Numbered from the stretch's first letter, positions 14,134 to 30,030 are shown. The stretch: DNA of 64,000 nucleotides from Ptychomitrium polyphyllum (GCA_973851085.1 OZ316776.1:2046001-2110000), one strand, 5' to 3'. Numbers and translations are program-made. The notes: a model not told the origin generated them from the sequence alone.

Positions 14134-17100
14134 CTACAGCTTGGACTGCGGTCCCCACATATTTTGTGTCAGAAGAGGCTTCAGGTACTCTTGGTAGCCA
14201 TCCACAACCACAGTGTCATTTAACGAGTCTTTAAAAGCACCCTTATAGAGGTGAGTATAAACATCACCATCGTAACGCCCTAGAGCCGAACCCAGATAAT
14301 CGTCAGTGTGGTCAAAAGCATCAACCAACGCGACAGCGTTTGGTCGAATCTGCACACACCAAGACAATATGGAGTTAATACATACAAAACCAGGAGTAGC
14401 ACCATCATATGACAATCGACCAAAGGAACTGAGTTGCATAACGAAACAAAATTGAAGAGCATTCTTCAACTGTGTCAACAGAGCCAAAATGCATGATGAG
14501 GTGAAACATACTTTCCTCCGATCCAACAACTACGGACATCACCCACTTAAACCTATCAATCAAAATCATCACATAGGATGTGCATTTCTTGCTGCAGAAT
14601 AAGCTCGTAAACAAAACTGCATGACCAAATTGCCAAATATCTCAAACAACAGGCTGTGGGAACTCAGAAGCTCAAGAAAACTAACCTTGTCAAACAAGTA
14701 CTTCAATTGTTCCTTCGCAAGGGCTATTTGCTTTCCTGTCAAGTAACCTGTTGCCAGAAAGTCTCCTGCATTTTCAATTATCTGAGAAAGTGCATATGTG
14801 TTGCACAATACTTCCAGCTGTTCTTTAATGCCTCCAGGAATCTCAGCTGTTTGTAAATGTTCAATGAACCTGACCAAGCCAACCAATTTGTAAGAAAATG
14901 AGCTTTAAATGCAAGAAAATATCGAAGGTTCAAATACACCAACAATAGTTAAACTGATATTCAATTAAATATAACATCCTTTACAATGATAATTCCAACA
15001 CTCACAAATGCTAGCTGAAAACTGGATAGAGCTAAAGAGCTTTAGACTTAGTCACACATAACAGGAGAGAAACTGAAAAAGTCATCAAAACCTTAAAAGA
15101 ACTCAACTAAACCCCTGTCCAAATTAACAAAAGTTCAAGAGAAATCGAATTAGATTACTTGGACACCACAATCAGCTGGCAGTGAGCACGGGCCGATTCT
15201 ACCAATTCAGGAGTGTTCTCTTGGAAATCTGTCAACAAAAGAAAGCATCATTGAAATGGAGCAATGCTGGCATTTACTGCTCATTCGCCCATAAGGCCGA
15301 AATCATGAACATACACAACCGTTTTGCACAAATAGCAGAAGGATGACAATTGATGTTTCTGAAGAACTTTGAAAACACAAATATGGAGGGAAAATCTGGT
15401 TCTCATAATCATAAAGAGGACACAAGCATATCAGACTACGTCTGTGTATAATAGTGCAACATACCAACTTCTGATTCCGATCCTCTAGCCAACCGCAAAG
15501 TAATTGCAGCTGCTTGGCGAGCAGACCTTGCTTCAAACGCCTCCAATAAGACTGATGAATTTAACCAATCATGACCTGTTCAAGCAAATACAAAAATATT
15601 TTTAAGTAATTTCTGCGGAACCCATTCATGAAGTCCATCTCACGCATGTTCGGTGTGCTTATGAGGCTAAAATATTTGTAATCCAGGGTGTATGAATTTC
15701 AACAGCAGTACTAACACCTCGGACAAGTAAATATTTATACCTCGAGAAACCTTGCAATTTTGAGTCGCAAGCTGCTTGACATTTCCCAGGTATGCTGCAG
15801 TACCAACAGGTTTTACTTTGCCAATCTGTGACACGGTCTTTAACAGAAAACGTGCAACCTGTTCCAACACAACATCCGTCCATCATATCAACAATGTCGT
15901 GGGTATCTTTTGAACACAAGTTCAAAGGCAATGACATCGCACACAGAGCATTGTCTCAACATTCCAAAGATATAATATACAACTACAAGCATAGTGGATT
16001 TACGCAGACATGCAAAGTTTAGAGAAGCAGGAATAAGGTGAGTACTTGAAGCAAAAGAATTGTGTTGTCCCCTTCATATGTGCAGGCAGGCACGTAGACA
16101 GCGTAAAGTTCAGGTAAACCACTTGCACACAGATACCCATGTCCTCCGCAGAGTTTGCGACATTCTTCTATGCCATCCTGCACGAATTCGAATAACAAAG
16201 CTCAAAGTATGTTCCCATGCATACAAGACCTCTCATTCATCAAACAAAAACACCTCCAAATAAGCTTGAAGAGATCAAGGATATAGAGAATGGAACCTAC
16301 AGCAGTAACAGATGTGGTGATAGATTTCAACCCAGCAGTGCAAGCATGAACCTCCGGCAAGGTGGAAAAATCATTATTTTTCAAACGCTCCATTACGTCA
16401 GCATACAGCCATTTCATCCAGAAACCAACAGCCCGGTAAGCATATGTAGTTGCCAGCAGTGGAAAGAGCCGGGATTGCTGTGTCCTATACTCAATAACCT
16501 ATAGATCACGTCAAATCCATCACTCTTATAAATGTAAATCAAGATTACTCGGACAAACAAAATCACAACAGAATAGACGATAAAGACTTGAAGCAAACGT
16601 GTAAAAATTTGTTCAAGCTCTGCAAATCCATAGAAAAAATGCTCAAATTATGCTCCCAATCAAAACGAGTACACTAAATGAAACATTTCTTTGTAAAAGA
16701 TGAACATCTTCATTAAAAAGTCCACGGAAGTAGATTACACATGGAACAATATTTACAGGTAGCTTGCAGGCATCACTTCTGGTAGACGAGAATCCAGCAG
16801 TTATTAGGTTTGAGATTTTTAATGAATGCAACGAACAAGAACTAACCTGGAGCTCATCAGGCTCATCTTTCTTGCCAAATTGACGACGTACAGCACTATA
16901 ACGAACAGCAATAGTGACTGCACGGGAAAGGTAAATAGAGGCATCAATCACAATGCCTTGACGAACAAAAACCATGGCTCCATAACCAAGTTGACGTGGC
17001 TTGTTTGATCGCACATACTTTCCATCATTCGTAACCTCTGCTAATCTGCCAGATCCGATTCAACGTTGTAACCAAAAGTATACCACATAAAGTTGGCATA

Positions 17101-19959
17101 GATACATCACAGAACAATTTGTTAATAAAACATAAAATAAATATACCAGCATTTTAGAAATTGAATAAATGCAATCCTGTGGTCAGTTGTAAAACAATTT
17201 AAAGTACCTCATAAGCATGTTTTCTCGTGGTATGCGAACATGATCAAAGCGTAAGAAGCCATTGTCCATAGTATTATATCCACCGTTGCCGAACTTGACA
17301 CCAATGTCTCCAACAGTTACATTGGGGAGTGGCGTGTGATCCTCCAAGCTGCGAATTTGAACAATAAACGCTGCAAAAAGTAAAATCCGTAGCCTTACCA
17401 TGAGAAAAGAACTCCACAAGGACAGGAGATGCATTCAGAACTTAGATTCCCGGGAAAGTTCATCTCCAGAAAATGAAACAACAATAAAATAAACATATGA
17501 TGACACCAAGAGGACCATAACTGAAAACGAAAAAAATATGCGTAGAAGGCACCAAGGTACGATGCACGAGTGCTTACCATGAACGCCGTGGTCCTTGTTA
17601 TCAGTTATTAGGCGAGCATACACCAAAGCATGCGTTGATGCCTTTCCGAGCCCCCCAGGCCACCACTGCAAAACACCAAACCATAGGTAATGCCATATGA
17701 CTTTTCCCAATCACTCCTAAACCCGAAGGACCTGCTTAAGTCTACTTATAAGAAAATCAGGGAGTGATGTTCCGTTAGGTTACAATTAAGCCCAACAATT
17801 AGTAGCATTTGTAGTTGTAATCGAGAAAAAGTCCAGATCATTGCTAACGATACCCAGCAAAGCCCAAGCATCACTAAGCGCAGGCAAAACAATCCTGTGC
17901 TTGACGAGCATGAGAGGATGCAAAGAAAAATGACAAGAAAAAGAAGCAAAGGGAATACACAATTCATATATATGTACACCTAACACCTAGACACAACTTG
18001 CTTCCTGAACCGAGAACAATCTCTACCAGGCAGCGACCATTGATAATAACAAAATATTTTAGAGGAATGTTAAATGCAGCCACCTTCGTTGAAGTCACAG
18101 TCGGGCTGTGCACAACAAACTCATCAGTTGCAGGATCAAACGTGGCTCTAGTTTCCAGCCCCTGTACGTTTGAACCATGCCCAAGCTCTGTTTGAGCGTA
18201 GCATCCAATAATAGACATCTTGTACGCGAGAGGAAGCCATTTATGTTGTTGCTCCTCTGTAGCCTGGCCCTTAATTGCAGGTATAAACATGCCCTGCAAA
18301 AACACAAAGATCACTCTCCTTCTTAATCAGTTCTGACTGCCACTATGTTGCAATAGGAAATGAAATCAAACTCGCATTCCATAACGTTGCACAAAATTAA
18401 CGACCATACATACTGCACGACAAAAATGAGAAAAGCTGTTACACAATCTGGTGCAATCAACTTCGTTGACGTTGATCACCTTAAACACCATAGAGTCGAA
18501 GTACGTCTTCAAATTACACTATACTGTAAAGGCATTGATGATAAGACGTTAGACTTACCCAGTGGAGATCTGTAAAAGTAGGCTCATCAATAAAATGTCG
18601 AAGCTTCAAGCCCTCCTCCTCTGTAAGCACAAGACAATGTCTTAGAAATAGACACGTCTAGAAGATAAACGTCCAGTATTATTACAAAAATGAGACTTAT
18701 ACGTCATGGTAATCGTTCGAATACAGTGGCCAAGCTTATTGAAGAAAATAATCGGCATATCTTAGAAAATTGATGCGCCTCTTCCACTGGCAGCAGACAG
18801 TAATGAGCAGATACACGAACTGAAATCAGCAGGGCAATGAGACTTTACCAGATAATCCTTTCTCTAAAATAGTCTTCCATGCATGGCCAGCCTTCTTGAG
18901 AGAATTCTTGTAGAGATCCTTACGAGCTAGCCTCACCCTATCCTCTTTAGAGAAAACCTGGGGAAAAATGAACAACACAAGTCAATTCTATATACTTTCC
19001 ATATATCATAAAAGCTGCAACAATGGCAAATCTCTAGCCCTAAAAGCTTAAAAGAACTTGTATTGTAAGTAAACTTAGTCCTTTTTGCTAATCGACAAAC
19101 TATTTGTTGATGACTAAGACATTCTAAATCTAGTGCTGCTTTAAAAGTAGATGGATCCATCACTCCAAGGTTAACCGTAGTGATACAAATGCTCTACTAA
19201 TTTTTGCGTCATTTAAAATTGGCAATACGAAAAAGCTGGTAAGTGTATAATCCTCCTCCGCATGCAGTTTATGACGATCTTTGAAGGGCACCATTGCTTA
19301 TCAAAAATGAAAATGTAATTTTACATAAAAGAGACGAATATCTCAGTCGTGCAACGCAAATAGAAAAAAGAAAATTTGCCAAAAATTCGCCAGTTACAGA
19401 GAACAATGTCTCTAGGTCAATCCTCCAAGCAATTGCAAACTTTAGAGCATATCCAATCGGTAAAGCTCAAACAGCTACACCAATGTCCATCAGTTGAAGC
19501 GAAAAAGTTTCCATTTCCAAAGCACAATGACCTACGGATGTCGTCGGCCCAATCCCGAACCGTATAGTCCAGGTGCCCGTCACCCTACAAACCACGACCA
19601 ATTTGCTTTCCAAGCTCGTAGATCCCGTAGAAACTTGGAAAAATGAGAAGGAGCTGGACTAACACGACCTGCGTTTATCCATTGCCCTGGACACTACCAG
19701 CACAAACGGCCTTCACCTCCACCTCCGAACCTACCAGGAAAACTCCAATTCCAACTAACTACTCCGTGCAAGCTCACCGCAACTCAATCCACGAAGAAAA
19801 ACCACACTTTAGAAACCATACCGGGTCGTTCGCCACAAGCTGCGCCATCCTGGTCGAAATCTCGTGCTCCCGTTGGCCTCCTGCCAAGTACACCTTCATG
19901 GTTTGCACATCGAACTGCGCCGTGGCCCGCTCCCCGGCCAAGTGATCCACAGCCGCCAT
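14134..19959 (-). CDS. ACX1: Peroxisomal acyl-CoA oxidase (ACX1-like), 14 exons
   Basis: Exons translate to [18 protein letters not shown]..., [68 protein letters not shown] and [12 protein letters not shown]. The C-terminus QSKL* is a canonical PTS1 signal. Confidence 0.95.
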
Positions 19960-20149
19960 CTCGCGACTTAAAAGAACGGCAATCACAGTAGCAATACAGA
20001 AGTTGGAGAAACGAAGCTGTGACCAAAGAGCACGCACGAGCAGCACAGCAAGTGGACGAGTGCTCGAGGCACAACTACGTGTGCTCCACCCTTGCGCTGG
20101 TCTCACACACACACAGAGACACACACAGTGGTTTAGTGCGTTGCAGAGC

Positions 20150-20425
20150 GAAAAAGAGAAGCCCTCTCGACGAAAACGACGAAGATGGACGACGGAGAGG
20201 ATCCCTCTGGACGCAAATGACGACGAAGATGGCGAAGAGGGACAACGGAGAAGAGCCCCCTGGACGAAGATTACGGTTAGAAGGACGTAGGCGATGACAA
20301 GGGAGATGGCGACGAAGATGACGATGAAGAGGATGGAAAATCTGAAGAGACGGTCAAAATCTGCCGCACAGAAGGACGAAGGTGGCGACGGAGGTGACGG
20401 AGGACGTGACGACGACGACGGGAAT
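20150..20425. repeat. Degenerate (GAC/GAA/GAT)n low-complexity tract upstream of the ACX1 start codon
   Basis: Runs such as GACGACGAAGATGGCGA and GACGACGACGACG. Confidence 0.6.
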
Positions 20426-22626
20426 GCACTTCGCTCCGGGTCTGTCAGCACATCGTCGTTCCACGCAGTCAGTCTTTTCACGCTCAATCATCTCCGGCTC
20501 TGGTCTGGATGAAACGTGGCGCGATAATATTGCCTTATGTGGTCCCGGCTTCAAACATCTTGTTGCTTTCTCCACGTTTTCTTTTGCAAGCGGAAAACTT
20601 CCAATTCCTTGTGAATTATACTATTTGATATTATGATATTAGGATTGACATTGATTTAGCCCTGTGTATTTATTGACTGTGACAATTCTGGATTTGTAAT
20701 ATATTTAAAATAGACTTGGGATGAACCACAATTTTGAAGTCACTTTCAAGTTTCTTATTTTTAAGTATAATTGTGTGTGTATTTAATTTTTTTTCCTTCT
20801 AATACCAATGCCTTTTGCTTTCATCTAATGTAACATGTTTCTCAAATTTTATTTATTTTAGATTAATCTCAATTGATTAAGTATTTATCTTTTATATAAA
20901 ATAATATTGATAAGACAAAGAAGAGGAATTAAATCGTACAAAAAAATAAGCACTATGTGATACATTTAACAAATATCTAAGTGTTAAAGTATTAGAGAGT
21001 GCATTTTAATTTGACTTTATTTTTAAGGTTCAAATGCTAAATGTTTATAGAGCTTAATAGCAAGTCATGAATTTAATTAAGGGTGATAATATAATGTATC
21101 TGTTTAATTATCACTACACTATGTAAGCAGTTTGATAGGCAAGAAAAGGTGTGTCCACCACAAAGCATATTCCAACATATATAATCTAATGCTATAGATC
21201 TAACATTAATAAAAATTAATTAATTATATTACTATAAGGTTCTTTTATAATGAATTTGAAGGATGAAGTGGTGAGTAGTTGTTTTAAGTCTTATTTTGAA
21301 TAGAAGTATAGACATAATATATTAAGTAGCAATTATGTTTCTATTTTTAAAGATGTTTTCAATGGATATGTAAGAGATGTTAAGTCGTAGCTCAAAAGAA
21401 TTGCAATTGATGGAATATGCTAGCACAAAATGTAATGCCTATGATACATTTAGCTATCCATTTTCTTTGTGTAATATTGTTGAAAAAAAAATTAATATCT
21501 ACTAATTTTCTTGTTGATTATTTTTGGAAAGAATTTATTATCATAGTGTGTAAATTCAATGAAATGTATAATGATGTTGGAATCTTGAGTGTTTGAGGCA
21601 TGTTTGTATGAAGGCTTAGTTGATATAGGAGGTTTTTAACACATAGTTTGTTTGATTGTTGCATGAGCATTATAATAACTATGGAGGACTATATTCCTAA
21701 AGTGTTGTTATTGAATGTACTTGCATTCATAAGAGTATAGCATATGATTTGTTTAAGAAAAAAAGTAATCTCCTTATTTCTTTTAAGGCTTGATATGTTT
21801 GTTGATTAAAAATGTATGAATATACTAATTTTGGCATTTTAATAATATATAAAGCCATATATTAGATTTCAATAAGTTATAGATTGAAAATGTAATAGAT
21901 GAATGGTTCCTTTTTTGAAAAAATGTTATTTTTGGGCTTACTTTATGTATTATTCATGGTAAAATTTTAAAAGGTATAATATCTGTGAGCTATGATGTTT
22001 GAATCAATTCAAAATATAGTGAATAGTATTTGTTTATGGTTTCATTTTTAGTCCATTTTCCTATGTTTGAAAAATTATAGTAATGAAATTAAGCTTTGTT
22101 TTTTGTCAAATTTTACAATATGTTTCTTTGGGAATCTTAAGGGACCGTTTTCTAATGTTTCTTCCATCAAGTTCCATAGATTTTGTATAAAAAGTATGAT
22201 GTGAGATGAACTTGATAGTATTGATACATGACAATGGCAAATCTTCAAAAACTCTTGACATGTACAATAATTTGCATTGAACTATGCAATTAGTGTTCAT
22301 GAAAAATAATTCCAATTTGACATTCTTATACAAAAAGATGTTAATAATACTCTTTTTTTGTTGATAAAATAACTCTAATATTTATTTATTTCATTGCACA
22401 CAGTTGTATTGCTTTATCAAAGCAGATAACTCTATAAAATAGTGAAGGGTAGGAAAACCACTCCTAATACTTTACTGACTAAGACAGGAAATCCAGAAAC
22501 CAATTGAGTTTGTGTTTTCTAACCTACATGTCAATTCAACAAACCACCCCACGCATTTACATTTATGAGTGTCTCATCACAATTTTTGAACGGCTCCTCA
22601 ACATAAGTTTAAAATTCACAACTTGT

Positions 22627-22953
22627 TCATATAAAATTCAGAAAACACTTGGTTCTGTATGGGATCGCCTTGAAAAGGTCTAATGCTGTTCTAAAAATGT
22701 TATGCTCAGGAGAGAAAGGGGATGATTGTTGATGCAGTTGCTTTAAGAGTGTCTTCTGAATGTGCAACCAAGATCTTGGTAAACATTTCCTTGGGTCCCC
22801 ATATGGCCTGAGAGAATCCACCACCTCTGGAGAAGTTGGTGGCATTCTTGTGACTAGGGTGCCATGCGATTGACTGCCAAGCAATGGACTGCCTCTGAGA
22901 GTCCCATCAACATGAATGTGCTTTGTAACTTCTGTCTCTTTTATATCATTCAT
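22627..22953 (-). pseudogene. Possible heavily decayed Ty1/copia integrase fragment
   Basis: GC-richer island in AT-rich DNA. The translation LKQLHQQSSPFSPEHN loosely resembles the copia integrase GIxHQxSxPYTPQQNG region. Weak match. Confidence 0.25.
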
Positions 22954-25900
22954 ACAGCAGAAGTTATGACTTCAACATCATTTGGGACCATACATAATTA
23001 TGTGGCATGCAAGCTGGTAGACCGTCTAATGTCAATGGCTTTGCAAGTGCCAGCATTGTATGGCCGTAGGGCTGCAGCGCAAGGGTGAATATTTCCAGCT
23101 GAGCATCAGCTACATAGTATAAACTCACCCTAAAGTACTGTACTTAATAGGGTCCCTTCTTCCATTTGCAGGTAAACTATACTAATATATCCTTAAATTA
23201 TTCATCCTCATATTATCCCCTGTGAAAGTATTCTCAAAAAAACAATTGAAGATCATGTACTTCATGAAAGCTTTAATACAATTTTATACACAATAAATAT
23301 AAATGATATTCCACTGTGGGGGATAATAGTGTATAATATGTCATCTTAAAGTGGAGCAAATCAAAATCATATAATGTTCCCAAGACCAACCTGTAGACTT
23401 CCTATAACAAGCATATAGACCATAACCTAAACTATTATTAGTACATGATATTATTTAATTAACCTGTTGTATTTGATACATATGACCTATTTTAAGAACC
23501 AAAAAATACATATATTTATGAACAACCTCTATATTTCATGATTAATTGGTGTATTGATTGGGCATAATTATTAATTTTTTATTTAGAAAAAATTGTAGTG
23601 ATTTTTATATTGATAGCACATAAATGAGAACAATAATTTTTTTTATAATTTCAATTTTTTTACTATAGAAAAATATCATATTGCTTATATTACAATTTCA
23701 TATGTGCAAAAGAAATTTGGATTATTGGTTTAAATTTGCTCTATTTTATATTCATTTCTTTTTGGAACTTAATTCCTTTTAATAATGAAATTATTTCAAA
23801 ATTTATCATTTTTACATTCAAAGTGTCATCCATTATCATACCTCCATTTTCATTTCAATTGTATTTATTGTTAGAATACAATTCTTTTTTCCAATTAATT
23901 CATGTATATAGGAACCAATTTCATGGAAGTTCCATTTCAATGCATAGATGGATCTATATTTACTTATAATTTGTATGCGCATAATTTGTATACACTAGAT
24001 GGTGTCCATAATTAGTGCTAGTGCCCATAATTATGACCCTCCTATGGAAAAGCATGCTAGAAATGAAAACTTCAAGTGCCTTTATAAACATATCATTTTA
24101 TGTTTATTAAAGAACTTTAATTACTTAAATTCCTTAATTTTTTTTATAGATCCATTTTGTCAAAGACTTAAATTATTTTATGTTGTTTCAATTTTACAAA
24201 TCGCAATAATATTTAATAGATTTTTGTTTCCACATTTACAAATTCATTCTAAAAATGAAATACTTTAATACAAAATATTTAATTTACTCAATTGAAGTAT
24301 ATATTAATATAAGAATTTCTTACCACCACTAGATTTTTATATTTATAAATTGGAAGGAGGTCTTTATCTAATACATGTCCAATTTTTTAATAAATATATT
24401 TTACAAAGGTGATTTATCAATAATGTGCAACAATGACATCTAAAAAGAGTTTTTTTTCATTGTCCTTATTCATATGCAACAGAAAATAAAATGTACAGAT
24501 CTTTGATTAACTAGAATATTTTTATTCAAATTGAATCACTTTGAAGATTAGAAATTAAATCCATAAAATATCACGCGTTATTATTTTTATAAAAAATAAT
24601 AAAGATAATTTGGTATAATAAACTTATTTTATATATGTTCTTTTATTGTTCATCCCATTTTTTAATGCATTTCAAATATACACCTTTTCATATTTATTAA
24701 AATATAATTATTTAGGATATGTTATCAATCCAATTAAATCCAAATAATCATATACTATCAAGAAATTATAGTTTTGGAGTATTAATAAATCAAAACTAAT
24801 TTCTTGGTCACCATTAATTGTTGATTTTATTCATTATATATATTTTAAATTCTTTTATCTAATTGATAAATAACTTAATGGTTTAAATATTTATTACAAT
24901 TTTTGTATTATAATTTTATAATCAACAAATTAAAAATGTGTTCCATCAAAAATTATGATGTTTTAAATGTAAAATAGACCTTTTGAAAATGAAATCTCTA
25001 AATAAAATAAATAATTGATTATCATATGATTTTTGTGGACAAATATGAAAAAATAGATATTGATAGAATATTCATATAAATGTAGAAATCAATTGTGAAG
25101 AAAGATACATCTAGTTTTACTAGGAAAATATAATGAAGTGATAAAAAATGTAGAATGAACATTTGAACCTAGAAGTCTTCCAAATACTATTATAATGAGA
25201 ATTAAAGACTTATTGAATGCAAAGGCTAATAAATAGCCAACTAGAACTTGGAATGTATACAATTTATATGCAAGTGAAATTCATTGAAGTAATTGTGCAA
25301 AAGGCTATGTGAAATTAAAACATTAAATACCAATTGAAGAGAAATATACAAATTTTTTTTTGCTATTCTTCTTACAAATTACAAAAAGACCACTTAAAGT
25401 TGTAATATAATATATTTACAAATCTATAGGCAAGGATCAAGAAAATAAATTCTGCTTGTTTGCAAATTATTTGTTAGTATGCCTTAGTAAAACAATTCAT
25501 AATGATGCTTATTGGCAAGCAATTGGCTATAGGAGTGCCAATTGTACGTCAAGCTTAACAAAAATGTTAATTGAAATCTTCATAACTCCAATAAAAAACT
25601 ATGTCATTACACTCTAGAATAATTAATGTACCTGTTGTCAAGTTCTTAAATTTTTTTTGTATCATTATACCTTTACTTTTTTACAATAATAACTTTTAGT
25701 GGAAACAAAGCACCATGGAGCAAAGAATGAGCTCAATAATAACAATCTTTTTTCCCATGTCCTTATCCAACATTCCTTTGCGATATTCTTCTATCTTTTT
25801 TTTTTATTGCATGTGAATGCCACTACTCCATCTTGAACTTCTTGTAATCCTAATGGTTAAAAGTTAATTCCATGCTTGTGAGAATTTTGCCCAACCATAT

Positions 25901-28629
25901 TAGGAGGTAGTAGCTATTACATAAGCGGCATATGCAAAGTCATAAAAATAAACATTTTTAAATGGATTGAAGTTTGAATAGGCTTGTCTTTTTTTGGCCT
26001 ACAATGGGAATAAATTTCTTCATTGTCTTTTAGAATAATGTTTCTTAGATTACAATTAGGTTGTGTTACAATAATGTTTCAAACATGATACTTTTTCCAA
26101 TAAAAAGTTGGCCAAAAATCTTCTTTTAATGATATTGGGCTGACAACCATAGTGCATTGGTTTCTACAAGGATGTGCTTTCAAATACTCCACATAATATT
26201 CCATCTTATCAACATATTTGGAATTTTGGCACATGCCATAGTGCCAATATTTAATGTACTTAAAGATTACATTTTTGATTAACTTTACTTTTGAATTCAT
26301 TATTTAGTTTGGATGGCTTTCATAATTAATTTTTTTCAAGGTTCAAATCTAATGTTATCCTAGAGTGGTTTAAATTATATAAATTCAAAATTGACATTGT
26401 CTAAAAGAAGGCAAGGACTACAATTTCGTGTAAAAAAGAGCTAAAACTTGTTAATCAATTGTTTTTTGTATTTTAGTTTCAAAATCCATTATTTTTTTCC
26501 AAATATTATAGGTATAAATGGAAATGGAGTACAAAAATTTTAATATAAAAATTTAATAATACACTTATTGAAAATAATATGGATAAAATTTGAAGTCATG
26601 ATTCTTTATAGGTTGGAAGATTATAGTGACTTAATATCAAAAAATGGTTCCAAATTTTGACTAGTGGCATCATAAAATTGAAATCCTTATGTTAGATCTA
26701 CTCATATATAAAATAAATACCAATTAAAAGTTATTTAACTCATTATAGGAATACATTAGTAAAAAAATAAAAATAAGAGAACAATTTATATGTCCAAAGT
26801 GACCTTGCAATGTCTAAAAGTTGCTTCAAAATAGTTTCAATATATAGCTAAAAAGAACGAAAGGAATTTTAATATTCAAAATAAAATAAAATGATATTTA
26901 AAGTATGTTTATCCTTTATCTTTGTAAGCATATTAGACCAAAAATTTACTCTATTTTCTTGAGAGCTATTAACACAAGCTTGAGGCCTTTAAAAGGCTTT
27001 TAAATGACATTACATGTTTGTATCTTTACACTATATAAATGGTTTTTGTTTAATAATTTTAAACTTTGTGTGCACATAGATTGTTATTCTTCTCACTCCA
27101 AGTTATTTAGAATAAACTCCACAATCCCAAACACAAAACAATAAGTAAAAATAGGTGACCAAGTAGTATGATCAGAATTTTTCTGGTTCAATTAATTAAA
27201 ACTTAATTTAAGCTGTAAATATGATATTTGTTGCACTTTAGATCAATAAACAAAATATAACTTACCATATATATTTCGTACCAACCTTTCGAATTTAGAA
27301 AAATCTTAAGACTGAGTACTTATTAAATTTACAAACTCAATCACAATTACTGTGGTGCAATAACTTTTGTGCATTTTAAACACGTGAATCCATTTCATCC
27401 ACTACCATGTCTTTCACTGTAGTTTGCAGTTGATTCTAAAACAAATTGGGACTTTGAATATGACTTTTACTTGACATGTAATTTCCTTAAGATCCCTTCA
27501 AAACAGAACAAAAATTTCACATAATGGAAATCTTATCCTATGTACTTTCCATGTGCCTTCACATGCTAAAAAGGAAAAACTCAATTTTTATAAAACTAAA
27601 AATGATAGTAAAAATAAAGCTTGGTTTAGTAACCACACCGTAACTAAAACTAGTCGTTCCTAGGCCTCAGAATTCAAATTCAACCGCCCAAAAAGGGCCA
27701 TAATACACTTTCACATGAGGTAGTATTAAAACGACCTCACATGAGGTGAAAATCAGATCATGGGTACTCTTCAATTCATGCAAGAGTATACGTCCCAAAC
27801 CTACTCTACGCTTCTATTTTCGTGAAGTGCTACTCAACAAATCGACGTTCCTCAAGTTTAACTAGACCTCGAACACTCATTCAGGCTTGTAACCCCCTGC
27901 CTGCCATACATCAGCACACAGTGTTTGGAACGATCAACACCTCCATGCATGCCCAAAAACTATACAAACAGCAAATCACCACGTTCCACTTTAAGGCCGA
28001 TAATAAACGCTCCAGCATTAGCTTTCGTTGAACAATTCCAACCTCAAGAGGTAAACCCTTGGGTTTCATTCTTCTATCGCAACACCAGGAAGACAGACAT
28101 TCCAGAAATACCATCGATATTCGCTAGAATACTATATTTTCTCAAATTCAACCTCGACGAAAACACAAGAAATAGAACCTATACAGAACAAACACAAAAC
28201 TAAAAGGCCACGGCTCGCCCTTACCTCCCTCATCCAACCAAACCCCATGACCCGCAGCCTCTCAACTGTACACAAAAACCAATCCTTAACGTTGCAAACG
28301 GTAGGTCTTGCTCAACTAATCCAAAGTCAACAGACAACTCTCCTCACAAGGATCAAAACAAGTATACGTCTCAAATGCAAAACCCTCAGAAAAATCATTC
28401 ACAATAAACATCCCAAACACTCATAACCAGAGAAAACATAACGCAATCTAACCGAGGGCCCAGCTCTGCTGCGCAGCACTCGATAACGTCCCTCGTTGTC
28501 ATGCACTTGGACGAAGATGGACGTCATGTTCTATTGCAAAGCCTTCTCACTCTCACCCAGCACATCGTGCTCGAGCTGTCAAGTTTCAGTCTGCTAGCCC
28601 TGCTGCAGCTGCTGCTCCTATTCGTGGAC

Positions 28630-30030
28630 CTAGGCCGCAACGACGGCAATGCGCCCGGCTACCTGATCCAAGTCGCGCTGTCCCTCGGACGTGATGCGCC
28701 TTCCTCTGCACACCCACAAACCATCCTGCTCGTTAGGATACAGAAAGCCCGCGTCCACACCGTCCAACTTCCGTCGGCTCCTCCACTACTGTATGTCTCA
28801 GCCTACGACCGAATCAAAGAAAATCAGAAATCGCCATTCTGCCGAACTCGGCGCCAAAAAACACCCACAGCCTCGACCACATCAGCTTCGGGACGCTCAG
28901 AAACTATGTTCTGACGACAACATGCACCGAACAAGGGAGGACCCGGCATCGGCTTCTTCTGCCCGCGTCTCCCCGACACCGCACTACAACTGCTCCTCCC
29001 GCAGTTCCGACTAGTCTCCGGTTTCACTGACTTCACCATCGCCCTCGCCCTGCCCGCCCGACACACTAACAACACACACATCGCGTCCTCTCCAAAGTTC
29101 AGATGGCGTAATCCATGCCACGGCGGACTCACCCCTTAGGATCCTTCTCCAGGATGTTCAGAGCCTCTAGTTGCTTCAGGCAGTGTCTGGCGATCGACCC
29201 ACTGCTCTTCGCGAAGTGGGATGGCCTCACGCCATTGCTCTTGCGCCCACCGTAAATCTTCTTGAACGCACCCACCCCGATGCCTCCCCTCAAGTAGATC
29301 TTCCTCGCCATCGAGGCTGCACCGCCCACAACCGCGATCACTTCATCAGTGCCAACCATGTCCACCCATGCCATGTTTCCATGCCCAACCCGACCGCCAA
29401 TTGGCAGCTTCCAATCATCAACCTTGTACCTTGCTCGCCCAATTGGTCACTGCGCCGGCACGGACCAATTGAGCGAGAAAAGAAGAATTACTTCTGCAAA
29501 GGCCACGCACGAAAAACGACGCAGTTCCAAGGCCCCGAAACACGTACCAGCCCTGATGTAGTACCAGTCGGCATCATAAGGGGCCAGCTCCTTGAAGGTC
29601 GCGGTCTTCACAAGATCGGACCATACGGGCACCTCAATCTGGGAACCAGAATCCACACACACCCTCACTCAGATTCCCGGCCACCAACACCCACGCGGGT
29701 CCCTGTCCACACCCGAGTGACCCGACAACACACTCGCAACCTGAAACCCTAAACCAACCCTGCCCGACGCGCTCGCCGTGCCACACCCCAGAACCGGAAC
29801 CGCTCGCACCCTGAATTCCACACCGCGGACGCGAATTGCTAGCCCCTCCCCGCGCCCGCAGCGCTCCGAGGCCATCCCGGCCCTAAACCCTAAGAGATTG
29901 CACTGCATTGCATCGAAAGGAAGAGAAACTGGAGGAGCGGTAAGTTGCGTACCTTGCCGGAGCGCTTCAGGTGGGCGGCGTAGTTGCGAACGAACTCGTG
30001 CGAGGACACATCCTTCACCGTCTTGGCCAT
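28630..30030 (-). CDS. RPS19: 40S ribosomal protein S19 (eS19), copy 1, 4 exons
   Basis: Exact mirror of the + strand copy: [14 protein letters not shown]...[31 protein letters not shown]...[19 protein letters not shown]. Confidence 0.95.

Noticed and set aside
25780..26300. Possible pogo/DDE_1 transposase remnant (LLPPN, DGVVAF-like fragments on the minus strand)
   Set aside because: Too degenerate and frame-broken to support without an HMM search.
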